Origin: Chiloscyllium plagiosum | Taxonomy: Eukaryota | Reading direction: 5' to 3' | NCBI RefSeq assembly: GCF_004010195.1 | Contig: NC_057749.1 | Coordinates: 13,185,018 to 13,205,017, forward strand | Length of the DNA stretch: 20,000 bases | Part shown: positions 1-10,365 of the stretch, in pieces | Position numbering within the stretch: the stretch's first letter is position 1 | Layout of the letters: the number at the start of each line of letters is the position of its first letter | Notes under the pieces: model-generated | Told to the model about the DNA's origin: nothing | The model's input: the letters and a program-made list of their open reading frames with translations, nothing else | Databases searched by the model: none | Translations under genes and position numbers: made by a program

Positions 1-115
1 ACAGGCCTTGTATCTTGCTGTGTGTATATTGCCAGAACAACTTGTTCGCTGTCTGTGAAGCAATTTGGGCAATCCTGAGGATGTGAAAAGCGCTATATAA
101 ATGCAGGGTCTTTTG
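1..115 (+). mobile_element. 3' end of a Deu-type (SacSINE1-like) SINE
   Basis: CTTGCTGTGTG...CTGTGAAGCAATTTGGG...CCTGAGGATGTGAAAAGCGCTATATAAATGCA matches the tail seen at 8590-8640. Family name recalled from consensus. Confidence 0.6.
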
Positions 116-339
116 TATCTTGCTTGTCCTAATGGCCTGAATTAAAGTGAAGTTCTGATCTATGTTTATTTCATCTATGCTGTTTAAAACTTTAAATTGA
201 CCCTAACACCCCTTTAAACTGTCCAACCTGACGATGGTATCAGACTGTGAATGGCCCTGTCTGCTTCAGTCAAACACAGGCTCAAGTATAAACTGACTTG
301 GTATCTTCAGCATTGTGGAGTTCTGCTTTGAACCTGGTA

Positions 340-1065
340 ATAGAGTCAAACAGCATGGAAACAGACCCTTTGGTCTAACCAGTCCATGCCAACCATAATC
401 CCAAATTAAACCAGTCCCATCTGCCTGCGCTTGGCCATTATCCCTCCAAACATTTATTGTTATATACCTTAACTAAATGACTTTTTTAAACATTGTAAAC
501 GTACCCATATTCACCATTTCTTTTGGAAGTGCATTCCACACATGAACCACTTTGTGTTTTTTTTTAAAATTGTCCCTCATGTCTTTTTAAAAATTTTCTC
601 CTTAAAAATATGCCCCCTAGTCCTGAAACACCCTACCCTCGGGAAAAGATATCTACCATTCTCCTTATCTATGTCCCTCATTATTTTATAAATATCTATA
701 AGGTCAACCCTCAACCTCCTATGGTCCTATTAAACATGTCCCAACTTCTCCTTATAACTTAAACTCTCTATCCTGGCAACATCCTGGTAAATTTTTTCTG
801 AACTGTCCTCAGTTTAATAATATTCGTCCTCTAACAGGGTGCCCCAAACTGGATACAGTACTCCAGAAGAGGCCCTACCAACATCCTGTACAATCTCAAC
901 AAAACGTCCTAACTCCTGTACTGAAAGATCTGAGCAATAAAGGCGACTGTACTAAATGCATTTTTAACCACCCTGTCTACATGTCATGCAAACCTCAAAG
1001 GATTATGTACCTGTACCCCTAGGTCTCTCTGTTCTACAATACCCGAGGCCCTACTTTTAATTGTA
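340..1065 (-). mobile_element. 5'-truncated, decayed CR1/HER1-type LINE 3' end
   Basis: Begins with the reverse-complement tail (AGAGTCAAACAGCATGGAAACAGACCC...AACCAGTCCATGCC). Includes AACTGGATACAGTACTCCAG, antisense of LEYCIQF. Colinear with the copy at 1912-2630. Confidence 0.8.
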
Positions 1066-1397
1066 TGATCATTTAAAATATATTGGTAATAGCTGAGAGA
1101 ATAGAAAAATGTATTTTGCATTCATCTGGAACTTCAGGATGTCCCAAACAGCTTTATACTAAAATAGTTATGACATTTTTATGGCAAATAATGAATATTG
1201 GCCTTGACACTGTGGAAAGATCTATCATGCCCTTGACAATGCCTTGTGGGACCTTTTTACAGGCAATTGAGAGAGTAAACATCTCATTTGAAAACTGGCA
1301 TTGCTGCCATGGGTCACACTGCATCTGTGAATACAAACAGTTAAGGTTTCTGGATTGCAATGAAACTTTGTCAGTTCAATATATAAGGAGATATCAG

Positions 1398-1515
1398 CTC
1401 TGACGAAAGGTCGCTCCACATGCAATTTTTAACTGTTTCTCTCTCCACAGATGCAACCAGATCTGCTGAGTTTCTCCAGCATTCTCTGTCTTTAGTTCTG
1501 ATTTCGGCAATCCTG
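1398..1515 (+). mobile_element. Penelope-like terminal repeat fragment with degenerate hammerhead core
   Basis: CTGACGA at 1400-1406, followed by CTGTTTCTCTCTCCACAGATGCAACCAGATCTGCTGAGTTTCTCCAGCA. Homologous to the reverse complement of 12700-12796. Confidence 0.6.
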
Positions 1516-1911
1516 TGCTTTCGTGTTGCTGCAGCCTAGATTATTTGGAATGGGATTTGAACTGGTGACCTCCTGATTCAGAAATGAGAGCACTGCCTAT
1601 TGAACTTCTAACCAGGAACTTTTTTTTTATTCCTGTGGGGACACGCCCTAGAAAGGTGATGATCGGTGCTGTGTTCAGAATATTATTTCACTTTTTTCAT
1701 GTGATGTGTACGTTGCTGGCAAGGCCAGCATTTTTTGCCCGTCCCTGTTTGGCCTTGAACTGAGTGGTTTGCTCACCTATTTCAGAGGGTAGTTAAAAGC
1801 AATCACCTGGCTGTGCAGTTACATCTAGGCCAGACTGGGTAAGGGCAGCAGAAGAACACTAGTGAATCTATCACCATCAGTTATAGTTGTTTTGGTCACT
1901 ATTATGGAGAG

Positions 1912-2630
1912 TGGTCATACAGTATAGAAACAGACCCTTGAGTCCAACCAGTCCATGCTGACCGTAATCCCAAACTAAACTAGCCCTGCCTGTCTGCGCT
2001 TGGCCCATATCCCTCCAAACATTTCTTATTCATGTATTTATCCAAGTGTCTTTTAAATGTTGTAACTGTACCTGCATCCACCACTTCCTCTGGAGGTTCA
2101 TTCCACATGCAAATCACTCCGTGTTTTAAAAATAAAAATGCCCCTCATGTCTTTTTTTAAATCCTCCGGCTTTCACCATAAAAATATGCCCCCGAGTCTT
2201 GAAATCCCCTAATTTAGGGAAACGACACCTGCCATTCATCTTATCTATACTCCTCATGATTTTATAAACCTCAATAAGGTCACCCCTCGACCTCTAACAC
2301 TCCATTGAAAAAAGTCCTAACCTGTCTTAACTGGCAGAAGAAGTGATGAATGCAGGTACAGTTACAACGTCATAAAGACATTTGGTCAGGTACATAAATT
2401 GGAAAGATTTGGAGGTATATGTGCCAAACACAGCAAATGGGACTAGTTTATCATAGAAAACTCGGCATGGATGAGGTGGAGCAAAGGGTCTTTTTCTGTC
2501 CTGTATGACACTATCCAGCCTCACCTTATAACTCAAACCCTTCTTCCCCAGCAACACCCTGGCAAATCTCTTCTGAATCATCTCTGGCTGAAGATCCTTG
2601 CTTATTATAACATGGAGACCAGAACTGGAC
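1912..2630 (-). mobile_element. CR1/HER1-type LINE 3' fragment, interrupted at 2327-2512
   Basis: Colinear with 343-860. Sequence resumes at CCAGCCTCACCTTATAACTCAAACCC after the inserted piece. Confidence 0.75.
2327..2512 (+). mobile_element. CR1/HER1-type 3' tail inserted in the opposite orientation inside the previous LINE
   Basis: GAAGTGATGAATGCAGGTACAGTTACAAC...AAAGACATTTGG...CTGTATGAC is the reverse complement of about 1914-2100. Confidence 0.75.
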
Positions 2631-2768
2631 ACAGGTTTATATTCCACCAGTTTATTAATTGAACTTAAATTACACCAGGATTTGAACCCAAGTCCCCAGA
2701 GCATTTGCCTAAACCTCTGGGTGCCATAGTCCAATAACATTGCCGCTACCTCATCACCTCCCTGTTAG

Positions 2769-3859
2769 ACAATAGACAATAGGTGCAGGAGTAGGCCATT
2801 CTGCCCTTCGAGCCTGCACCACCATTCAATATGATCATGGCTGATCATCCTTAATCAGTATCCTGTTCCTGCCTTATCTCCATAACCCTTGATTCCACAA
2901 TCCTTGATAGCCCTATCCAATTCTTTCTTAAATGAATCCAGAGTCTGGGCCTCCACTGCTCTCTGGGGCAGAGCATTCCACACAGCCACCACTCTCTGGG
3001 TGAAGAAGTTTCTCCTCATCTCTGTCCTAAATGGTCTACCCCGTATTTTTAAGCTGTGTCCTCTGGTTTGGCACTCACCCATCAGTGGAAACATGTTTCC
3101 TGCCGCCAGAGTGTCCAATCCTTTAATAATCTTATATGTCTCAATCAGATCCCCTCTCAGTCTTCTAAACTCAAGGGTATACAAGCCCAGTCGCTCCAGT
3201 CTTTCAATGTAAGGTAATCCCGCCATTCCAGGAATTGACCTCGTGAACCAACGCTGCATTTCCTCAATAGCCAGAATGTCTTTCCTCAAATTTGGAGACC
3301 AGAACTGCACACAGTACTCCAGGTGTGGTCTCACCAGGGCCCTGTACAGCTGCAGAAGAACCTCTTTGCTTCTATACTCAATCCCTCTTGTTATGAAGGC
3401 CAGCATGCTATTAGCCTTTTACACTACCTGCTGTACTTGCATGCTTACCTTCATTGACTGATGTACAAGAACACCCAGATCTCTCTGTACTGCCCCTTTA
3501 CCAAAATTGATTCCATTGAGGTCGTAACCTGCCTTCCTGTTCTTGCCACCAAAGTGGATAACCATACATTTATCCACATTAAACTGCATCTGCCATGCAT
3601 CTGCCCAGTCACCTAACTTGTCCAGGTCACCCTGTAATCTCCTAACATCCTCATCACATTTCACCCTGCCACCCAGCTTAGTATCATCAGCAAATTTGCT
3701 AATGTTATTACTAACACCATCTTTTATATCATTAACATATATTGTAAAATGCTGCGGTCCCAGTACTGATCCCCGCGGTACCCCACTGGTCACTGCCTGC
3801 CATTCCAAAATGGAGCCGTTTATCACTACTCTTTGTTTCCTATCAGCCAACCAACTGAT
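2769..3859 (-). mobile_element. Young 5'-truncated CR1 LINE (C-terminal part of ORF2 reverse transcriptase plus 3' UTR)
   Basis: Translation WLADRKQRVVING..SGVPRGSVLGP..SKFADDTKLGG..WQMQFNVDKC..RPHLEYCVQFWSP..RNFFTQRVV. One in-frame TAA at 3419-3421. TCTATTG tail repeats. Candidate TSD TGTTAG at 2763-2768 and 3860-3865. Confidence 0.95.
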
Positions 3860-4025
3860 TGTTAGTGCAAATAGTGATAAATGGGCACACACCTTGACTG
3901 TAACTGGGTAATTTGCACCAATGTAAGAATGCTTTAATTGTTCCTCATCGCAAGTGCATCTCACTTGCACAGTCGCTCTATGCTGAAACTGTTCCTCTAA
4001 AGTGGTTCCTGCTGTATTCCAACAG

Positions 4026-4166
4026 GTGAACAGTCGCGAGGTCGTGGCCATTAAGTGTGTGAGTAAAAAAAGTTTGAACAAAGCCTCGGTGGAGAACCTG
4101 CTGACTGAGATCGAAATCTTGAAGACGGTCAGGCATCCTCATATTGTGCAGCTGAAGGATTTTCAA
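4026..4166 (+). CDS. ULK3: ULK3 serine/threonine kinase, coding exon 2 (141 nt, phase 0/0)
   Basis: cag|GTG...CAA|gtatgt. Encodes [47 protein letters not shown], nearly identical to vertebrate ULK3 as recalled (VAIK lysine, alphaC glutamate). Confidence 0.97.
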
Positions 4167-4727
4167 GTATGTATGAGCAGAGTCTGAAAGTGGATATCTT
4201 TATAAAACTAACAGGGCTGGATAAGTAACTTCACTCATCAACACAGGGATTCCATCACCTTTCCTCTGAGCTTCTCTCATGAGTGGCCTTAACATTGCAG
4301 AGGTTGTTTGACTTGCTGAATATTGACAGCTTGTTTCTATCTGATTTCCAGTGGCATTTTGTTTCTCATGTATGTGTGTGAGAAAGGCAGTCGGTGTGTC
4401 TGACAGTGTCAATGTACCTTTGTCTGTCTGACTTGGCTGTTTTGTCTGTGTGTGTCAGTGTGTTCATGTGTTTTGGCTGTGAATATGGCGCTCTTTCTCT
4501 CGTGCGTGCGCACACCCCTTTGCTGCAATCTTGAGGTTATAACAAGAGGAATAGATAGAGGATGTGATGTTTTTGGATTTCCAGGAAGCTATTGCTGAAG
4601 TCCCACATATTAGAAGCAAGTGTGTAAGATCGAAGCACATGGAATGGGGTGAAGTAGCAACAGGGATTGGGAATTGGTTAGCAGGTAGGGAACTGAGTGG
4701 GAATAAATAAGGGTGGGTTTTGGAGTG

Positions 4728-5163
4728 ATTTGATTTATTACCATCATGTGTACCAAGGTACAGTGAAAAGTATTGTCTTTTGTGCTTTACAGGCAGATCA
4801 CACGATACAAGTGCATTAGGTAACAGAACAGAGTAAAGGATACAATGTTACAGTCACAGACAAGGTGCAGAGAGAGATTAACATTAAAGAGGACCATTCA
4901 AAAGTCTGATAACAGCGGGGAAGAAGCTGTTCCTGAATTGATCCATACGTGTATACAAACTTTTATATCTTCTGCCTGACAGAAAAGGGTGGCAGAGAGT
5001 ATACCCAAGGTGCGAGGGGTCTTTGATTATGTTGGTTGCTTCTGCAAGGCAGTGGGAAATATAATAGATGAAGTGAATGGATGGGAAGCTGGTTTGCTTA
5101 GTGGACTGGGCTGTGTTCACAGCTCTCTGTAGTTTCTTTTGGTCTTACAAAAAGCAGCGGAAG
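4728..5163 (-). mobile_element. Rex1/Babar-clade LINE 3' fragment nested in CR1
   Basis: Minus ORF IIKDPSHLGYTL..FLSGRRYKSL..FRNSFFPAVIRLLN is the typical Rex1/Babar C-terminus. Tail AATAAATCAAATC. TSD TGGAGTG at 4721-4727 and 5164-5170. Confidence 0.8.
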
Positions 5164-5908
5164 TGGAGTGGGAAGCAGTGATCGTGGATTATTACAGGGA
5201 TCAGTGATTGTTTCCAGCTATTCACTATATAATTTAATGAATTGCATGAAGGTATTAAATTTGGTATTTCCAAGTTTGCTGATGATATAAAACTAGAAGG
5301 AATTTGAGAGATGAGGCAGAAGTGAAGAGGCTTCAAGGTAACTTCAACAAATTGGGTGAGTGGGCAGATGCAGTACGTTGCAGCTAAGTGTGAAGTAATC
5401 CACTTTGGTATGGGAAAGAGAATAAGCATATTATTTAAACAATGATTGACACTTCTCAGTCTATCACTGTAAAAACGAGAACCAGTACACCAGTCAGTGC
5501 AAGCAGACATGCAGATGGAACAAGCAGTTAGGAAGGTCAATAAAATGTTGGCCTTCTTTGCCAAGGAGTTCAGGAGCAAGGAAGTTGTCATACAGCTGTT
5601 CAGGGCTTAGGTAGAACCATGCCTGGAGTATTGTGTGCCATTATAGTCGGCATGGACTGGTTGGACCAAAGGATCTGTTTCTCTGCTGTATGACTCTTAG
5701 TAAAATATATAAGATTCGGACAGGGCTGCACAAAAGGAATACATGGATGATGTTCCCTTGATTGGGAGCTGGAGTGGGGGAATTTCTGGAACAAGGGGTC
5801 ATAGTCTCGGATTATGGGATATTTGAGACTGAAATAATAATTGTTTTTCACTCAGAAGGTAGTGAACTGTTATTTTACCCCACAGAAGGCAATGGAGGGA
5901 AAAGAACA

Positions 5909-6229
5909 GCAGCACTGTGGCTCAGTGGTTAGCACTGCTGCCATACAGCAGCAAGGACTGGGGTTCAATTCCACCCTTGGATGAACATCTGTGTGGAGTT
6001 CACACATTCTCCCCATGTCTGCGTGGGTTTCCTCTGGGTGCTCTGATTTCCTCCCACAGTCCAAAGATGTGCAGGTTATGTGGATTGACCATGCTAAATG
6101 GCCCAGTGTTCAGAGATGTGCAGGTAAATGTGGGGTTACACGAATAAGATGAGAGGCTCTTTGGAAGTTTGGTACAGACTCAACAGGCCAAGTGGCCTCT
6201 TTCCGTACTGTAGGGGATTCTATTCTATT
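5909..6229 (+). mobile_element. HE1-like V-SINE nested in CR1
   Basis: A box TGGCTCAGTGG, B box GGTTCAATTCC, V-domain TGTGGAGTT..CACATTCTCCCC..GGGTTTCCTC..CTCCCACAGTCCAAAGATGTGCAGG, LINE-derived tail. Confidence 0.9.
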
Positions 6230-6404
6230 ACTCACTGAATATATTTAAGAAATAAATTGATTCCGAAATACAAAAGGTGTCAAGGGATATGAGAAGGGAG
6301 CAGGGGGATTGCATTGAGATAGGAAATCAGCCGTGATCATATTGAATGGTAGAGCAGGCTCAGTGGACCAGAAAGTCTCTTGTTGCTTCTATTTTGTATG
6401 CCTT

Positions 6405-6610
6405 TGTCTTGTCTGCACCGTCATCTGTGCATGTGTGTTACTGCCTGTGTGTCTTGGCTGTGTTGTGTGTGTGTGTGTGTTTTAGAGTCTTATGGTTGTG
6501 CTGTTGTCTTGATTGTGTTTATGTCAGTATCTTGGCTATGGTTTTGTCAGTGTGTGACTCTCTCTTGGTTGTGGTAGTGGCTGTGTGTCAGTCTCTTATC
6601 TGTGTGATTT
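6405..6610. repeat. TG-rich low-complexity tract with a (TG)n core at about 6465-6480
   Basis: Directly visible. Similar composition at 4370-4480 on the other side of the CR1 insertion. Confidence 0.7.
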
Positions 6611-7118
6611 TTTTTTTTGAGCAGCAGTATTGCCTTTCCTACTATCTGGTCTGACCTGTGTTGGGGTTCCTTGTTGAAATGGGGCGAGGGAAATTGGAGA
6701 ATGGCAGATTCTATCCCTGTCTCCCAACCACCACGTACACTCAGGAAAGAGTGACTGGGTGGCCCTTGATAAGTGAGGGCAGTGGCCATGACCGATGGGA
6801 CACCGAAACCAATATTAATGCCCTGGCCTATTCCTTGACCAACAATCAGAGACTTGAGTCGCCAACTTGGGTTGGGAGTGTTCCTGGAGGTTTTACTATG
6901 TGACCGCCTTCAGTACCTGGCCACTTGGAAGAGGAACAGACTCTTTATAACCTATTGATGAAATAGGGTTTTTTAACCCCTCCAACCTCCAATATTTTTA
7001 CAATCAATAAACAAAATACTTCAGTATTCCAGCTAGAAAGATGTAGGTAATAGGTGGTAATCATCCACTGAAGTAATCTCTCATTGTGAATAATGGAATC
7101 GGAATGATCTCCTTGGTG

Positions 7119-7388
7119 AGCATTATGGTGGCTCAGTGGTTAGCACTGCCGCCTTGCAGCACCAAGGACCCGGGTTCAATTCTAGCCTTGGGCAACAATC
7201 TGCATATTCTCCCAGTGTCTGCGTCGGTTTCTTCCCATGGTCCAAAGATGCGTGGGTTGGCCATGCTAAATGCAAGGTTACAGAGATAGGGTTGCGGGAG
7301 TGGGTCTACGTGGGCTGCACTTCGGAAGGTTGATGCAGACTTGATGGGATGAACAGCCTCTTTCCAAACTGTAGGGATTCTATGATTC
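7119..7388 (+). mobile_element. HE1-like V-SINE with internal deletions
   Basis: GGTGGCTCAGTGGTTAGCACTGC..GGGTTCAATTC..CTGTAGGGATTCTATGATTC. Confidence 0.9.
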
Positions 7389-7586
7389 TCTGTCACTGCC
7401 CTGTGTGAGTCAGAGGGTTCCAGACCACAACCAGGGGGCCCTGCCCTTCCCCGTGGAATAGTTTGGGAATATTCCGGGTAGCCAGACATTCCAGTTTGTG
7501 GAGGTGTGGGGTTCGGTGAGGGGGAGATATTATAGGCTTCTGGTTGCAGTCGTTTCTAACGTATGGTTTGACCTTGACCCTAACAG

Positions 7587-7707
7587 TGGGACAGCGAGAA
7601 CATTTACCTGATCATGGAATTCTGTGCTGGCGGCGATCTCTCCCACTTCATCCGCACTCGCAGGGCGCTTCCCGAAGGAGTGGCCAGGCGCTTTCTGCAG
7701 CAGCTGG
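7587..7707 (+). CDS. ULK3: ULK3 coding exon 3 (121 nt, phase 0/1)
   Basis: taacag|TGG...CTG G|gtaag. Encodes [40 protein letters not shown]. Confidence 0.97.
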
Positions 7708-7799
7708 GTAAGAGGCCGCGGGAGCTGGGTTGCCATATTAACTTTCCCATCCACTGCATGTTCCAAAGTGCTTCATGGGCAATGAGAGCATCAGCTTCC

Positions 7800-8652
7800 C
7801 CCTGGCTCGGAGGGTAACATTCTCATTGGAATTTGAAGATTGAGAGTTCAACTCCCACTCCAGAGGTGTGAGCAGAAAACTGCAGCTGACACTATCATGC
7901 CAGCACTGAGGGAGTGCTGCACTGTTGAAGGAGCCATCTTTCTAAACACTCACCTCCAGTAGAGGTAAAAGATCCCACCAAACCGTGAGAAGAGCTGTCC
8001 ACGAAAAAGGTTTATATTTCTCCAACACAGGGTGGCGCAGTGGCTCAGTGGTTAGTACTGCTGCCTTACAGCACCAGGGACCCAGTTTCGATTCCACCCT
8101 TCGGCGACTGTGAAGTTTGCACATTCTCCCCATGTCTGCACAGACCGCGAGCAGGTGCTCTGCTTTCTTCCCACCATCCAAAGAAGTGCAGGCTAAGTGG
8201 ATTAGCCATGGGAAATGCAGGGTTACAAGGGTCCGGGGGTGTGTCTGGGTGGGATGCTCTTTGGAGGGTCTGTGTGACCTCGATGGGCCAAATAGCCTGC
8301 TTCCACACTTTAGGAATTCTATGATCCATCCCTCAATCAATCTGACTACAATAGAAGTTCACGTTATCCCCATATTGTTGTATGTGGGGTCTTGCTGTGT
8401 GCATATTGATGTTTCCTACATTACAATACTGACTTCAAAATGGTAGTTCCACCGGATTGATGTTCCCATGAAGGTCCTACCCTCCGGTGGAACCACCACC
8501 AATCACCTCTTTTGCCTAAGAGAGCAGCCCAATGGTCCTCTGGGACTGTGGTGACTTTGCTGTAACCTTTACACACCAAAAGCACCTCATTTGCTGTAAA
8601 GCACTTTGGGATGTGAAAGTTGCTATATAAATGCAATTATTTCTTCTTTCTT
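7800..8652 (+). mobile_element. Deu-type (SacSINE1-like) SINE broken by two younger insertions (8030-8325 and about 8441-8570)
   Basis: GTTCAACTCCCACTCCAGAG..CTGAGGGAGTGCTGCACTGTTGAAGG..GTAAAAGATCCCA, then ATCCCTCAA..TTGCTGTGTGCA..TTTCCTACATTACAA, then GCTGTAAAGCACTTTGGGA..GCTATATAAATGCAA. Confidence 0.75.
8030..8325 (+). mobile_element. HE1-like V-SINE
   Basis: Same head, V-domain and tail as the other copies. Confidence 0.9.
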
Positions 8653-8760
8653 TTGGGAATGGCCATTAGATCCACATTCTGTTTGTACAGAGATTGGGCT
8701 GCCAATTATGTTAATGGAAGGATAAACATTAGCCTGGGATCCCTCAGAATGACCCTAGTC

Positions 8761-8864
8761 ACTGAAACGCTTCACAGGAGGCTCCCAAGCACTGAGGATG
8801 TCACCTAGACAGGGGGCAAAACGTCTGCAGCAGACATTCCCAGCTCGGCGAACAGAACCACAAC
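8761..8864 (+). mobile_element. 104-bp Penelope-type insertion carrying a minimal hammerhead-like motif
   Basis: Perfect 13-bp direct repeats AATGACCCTAGTC at 8748-8760 and 8865-8877. Internal GCA-CTGAGGA-T-stem-AAAAC-GTC-TGC. Confidence 0.8.
8789..8828 (+). ncRNA. Type I minimal hammerhead ribozyme relic (G12 to A, probably inactive)
   Basis: Helix I GCA(8789-91)/TGC(8826-28). Core CTGAGGA 8792-98. Helix II GTCACCT/AGGGGGC with AGAC loop. AAAA in place of GAAA. Palindromic helix III ACGT. GTC cleavage triplet ending at 8825. Confidence 0.65.
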
Positions 8865-9177
8865 AATGACCCTAGTCCTATTTGGAATAGTGCGATCTCC
8901 TTTACCTGCCTGAGCATTTAATGCTGCATTGCCTCTGACAGTGCAGCACTGTGCATTACTTCAGCTTTTCTGTTCTCGTTTAAGGCTTCTAGCAGTATAC
9001 TGTATGCACCCAAATCAAGATTCATCTAAGATCTTTGAGCTCTGTGGGAGCCCCTGCATTAACCTGTGAACTTTACAAAGGTGTTATTGTTAATGCTAGA
9101 AGTTACGAAAATGTTTACGGACTCCATGGATCAGCTGCTTTTTTCTTTCTTTCTTTCTCCCTCTCCTCCCCTCTCAG

Positions 9178-9282
9178 CATCAGCTCTCCAGTACCTCCAC
9201 GAGCGAAACATCTCTCACCTCGATCTGAAACCACAGAACATTCTGGTCAGTTCCCGGAGCACCCCTCACCTCAAACTTGCTG
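9178..9282 (+). CDS. ULK3: ULK3 coding exon 4 (105 nt, phase 1/1), catalytic loop
   Basis: Long pyrimidine tract, ctcag|CA...GCT G|gtgagt. Encodes (A)[34 protein letters not shown]. Confidence 0.97.
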
Positions 9283-9439
9283 GTGAGTTAACTCGGACTC
9301 TCCTCTATCCTACAGCCCTCCCCCTACTCCCCACCCCCCAACGCTTTATTTCCTAAATGGCAATGAAGGTCGGAGTTGAAAGCGAAGAAGGACCTGCGTT
9401 TATATAGCACCTTCTGCCATCTCACAATGCCCAAGTTCT

Positions 9440-9705
9440 GAAGACATGGGTTTAAATCCCACCACAGATAGTAGAATGTTAATTCAATGAATAACTCTGG
9501 AATTGAATTCCAGGTTGATCTAAAAACCCACCTGCTTCACTAGTGTCCTTTAAGGATGGAAATCTGCTATCCTTACCCAGCCTGGCCTATACGTGACTCC
9601 AGATTTGGTGGTTGATTCTCACCTGCCCTCTGAAGTGGCTTGCTGGGGCAGTTAAAGGAGGCGGACTGCTAATGCTGGCCTTGCCAGTGACGGCCACATC
9701 CTGTC
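9440..9705 (+). mobile_element. tRNA-derived SINE (third family), head truncated
   Basis: GGGTTTAAATCCCACCAC..AAAACCCACCTGCTTCACTAGTGTCCTTTAAGGATGGAAATCTGC..GTGACTCCAGA..AATGCTGGCCTTGCCAG. Reverse complement matches 15850-16090. Confidence 0.7.
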
Positions 9706-9879
9706 AAACCAGAAACGAACTGGTCAGGACACCAGGGAAAACTGACCTCGGAGTGACCGTGGGATGATGTTCGTTGTCCCGATGGGGCAGATGGGATCTG
9801 GGTTTAACATCTCATTCGAAACAACATTTCTAAAAAATAAACCTTGTGTCATCAGCAACTGGAAGTCTCTCAGAACCAG

Positions 9880-10010
9880 ACCCTCCATCCCCCTCTGCTT
9901 CTGCCCTCCTTTCTGTCCCCTCTCCTGCTCCACCCCTCTCTCACCCCACCTCTCTATCTTTCCATCTCCCTCTCCTGCCACCTCACTCCCTCCCTCTGCC
10001 TCTTTTTTTT
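9880..10010 (+). repeat. CT-rich polypyrimidine low-complexity tract
   Basis: About 130 nt almost entirely C/T on the + strand. Confidence 0.8.
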
Positions 10011-10221
10011 GTTAACCTCTTCGATGGGTCATTTGTCACAGTATCTCCTTAGGTGGCCCGCTGTGTGATAACCCTCCAGGGAAACAACATTGAAGGCACT
10101 ATGTAAATGCAATCGCGTGTTCTTACGCCGCATCCGTGCAGCGTTTGTGTCAAGAACGAAAACTGCTCTCCCCTTTTTGGAAGGTCCTTGTTCCAAATCT
10201 GGTTCCTTGTGTCTGCTGCAG

Positions 10222-10365
10222 ATTTTGGCTTTGCTCAGCACATGTCCCCTTGGGACGAGAAGCACATTCTGCGTGGATCCCCACTCTACATGGCACCGGA
10301 GATGGTGTGTCGCCAACAGTACGATGCTCGCGTGGATCTGTGGTCAGTGGGCGTCATCCTGTATG
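10222..10365 (+). CDS. ULK3: ULK3 coding exon 5 (144 nt, phase 1/1), activation segment
   Basis: tgcag|AT...TAT G|gtgagt. Encodes (D)[47 protein letters not shown]. Confidence 0.98.

Larger units (their letters stand above)
1690..2762 (-). mobile_element. tRNA-derived SINE (third family) split by a LINE insertion: pieces about 1690-1910 and 2635-2762
   Basis: The pieces are similar to the uninterrupted minus copy at 15850-16137. GGATTTGAACCC (B-box, antisense) lies near 2680-2690. Confidence 0.55.
4530..6400 (+). mobile_element. Old, decayed CR1 LINE (RT region to 3' end) carrying nested insertions
   Basis: Remnants of LDFQ(K)A..KVPH (about 4572-4608), ISKFADDIKL (5265-5295), MLAF..K, LEYCV (5623-5637) and a 3' UTR ending TTGCTTCTATTTTGTATG. 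Many stops and frameshifts. Confidence 0.85.

Noticed and set aside
1083..1403. 106-aa ORF and overlapping short ORFs, considered as possible ULK3 exon 1
   Set aside because: No glycine-rich loop (LGSGTYATVYKA) or other recognisable homology. Exon 1 was not found in the window.
3419..4081. 220-aa minus-strand ORF joining the antisense of ULK3 exon 2 to CR1 reverse transcriptase
   Set aside because: Only 3419-3859 is RT. The upstream part is chance read-through of intron and antisense exon, it lacks a convincing start, and it ends at a premature stop.
6346..6654. Hydrophobic, Cys/Val-rich ORF resembling a membrane peptide
   Set aside because: An artefact of the TG-rich low-complexity tract.
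7571..7586. ACCTTGAC close to the exon 3 acceptor resembles a U12 branch site, with a weak pyrimidine tract
   Set aside because: The intron donor is GTATGT (4167), not the U12 GTATCCTT, so the intron is U2-type.
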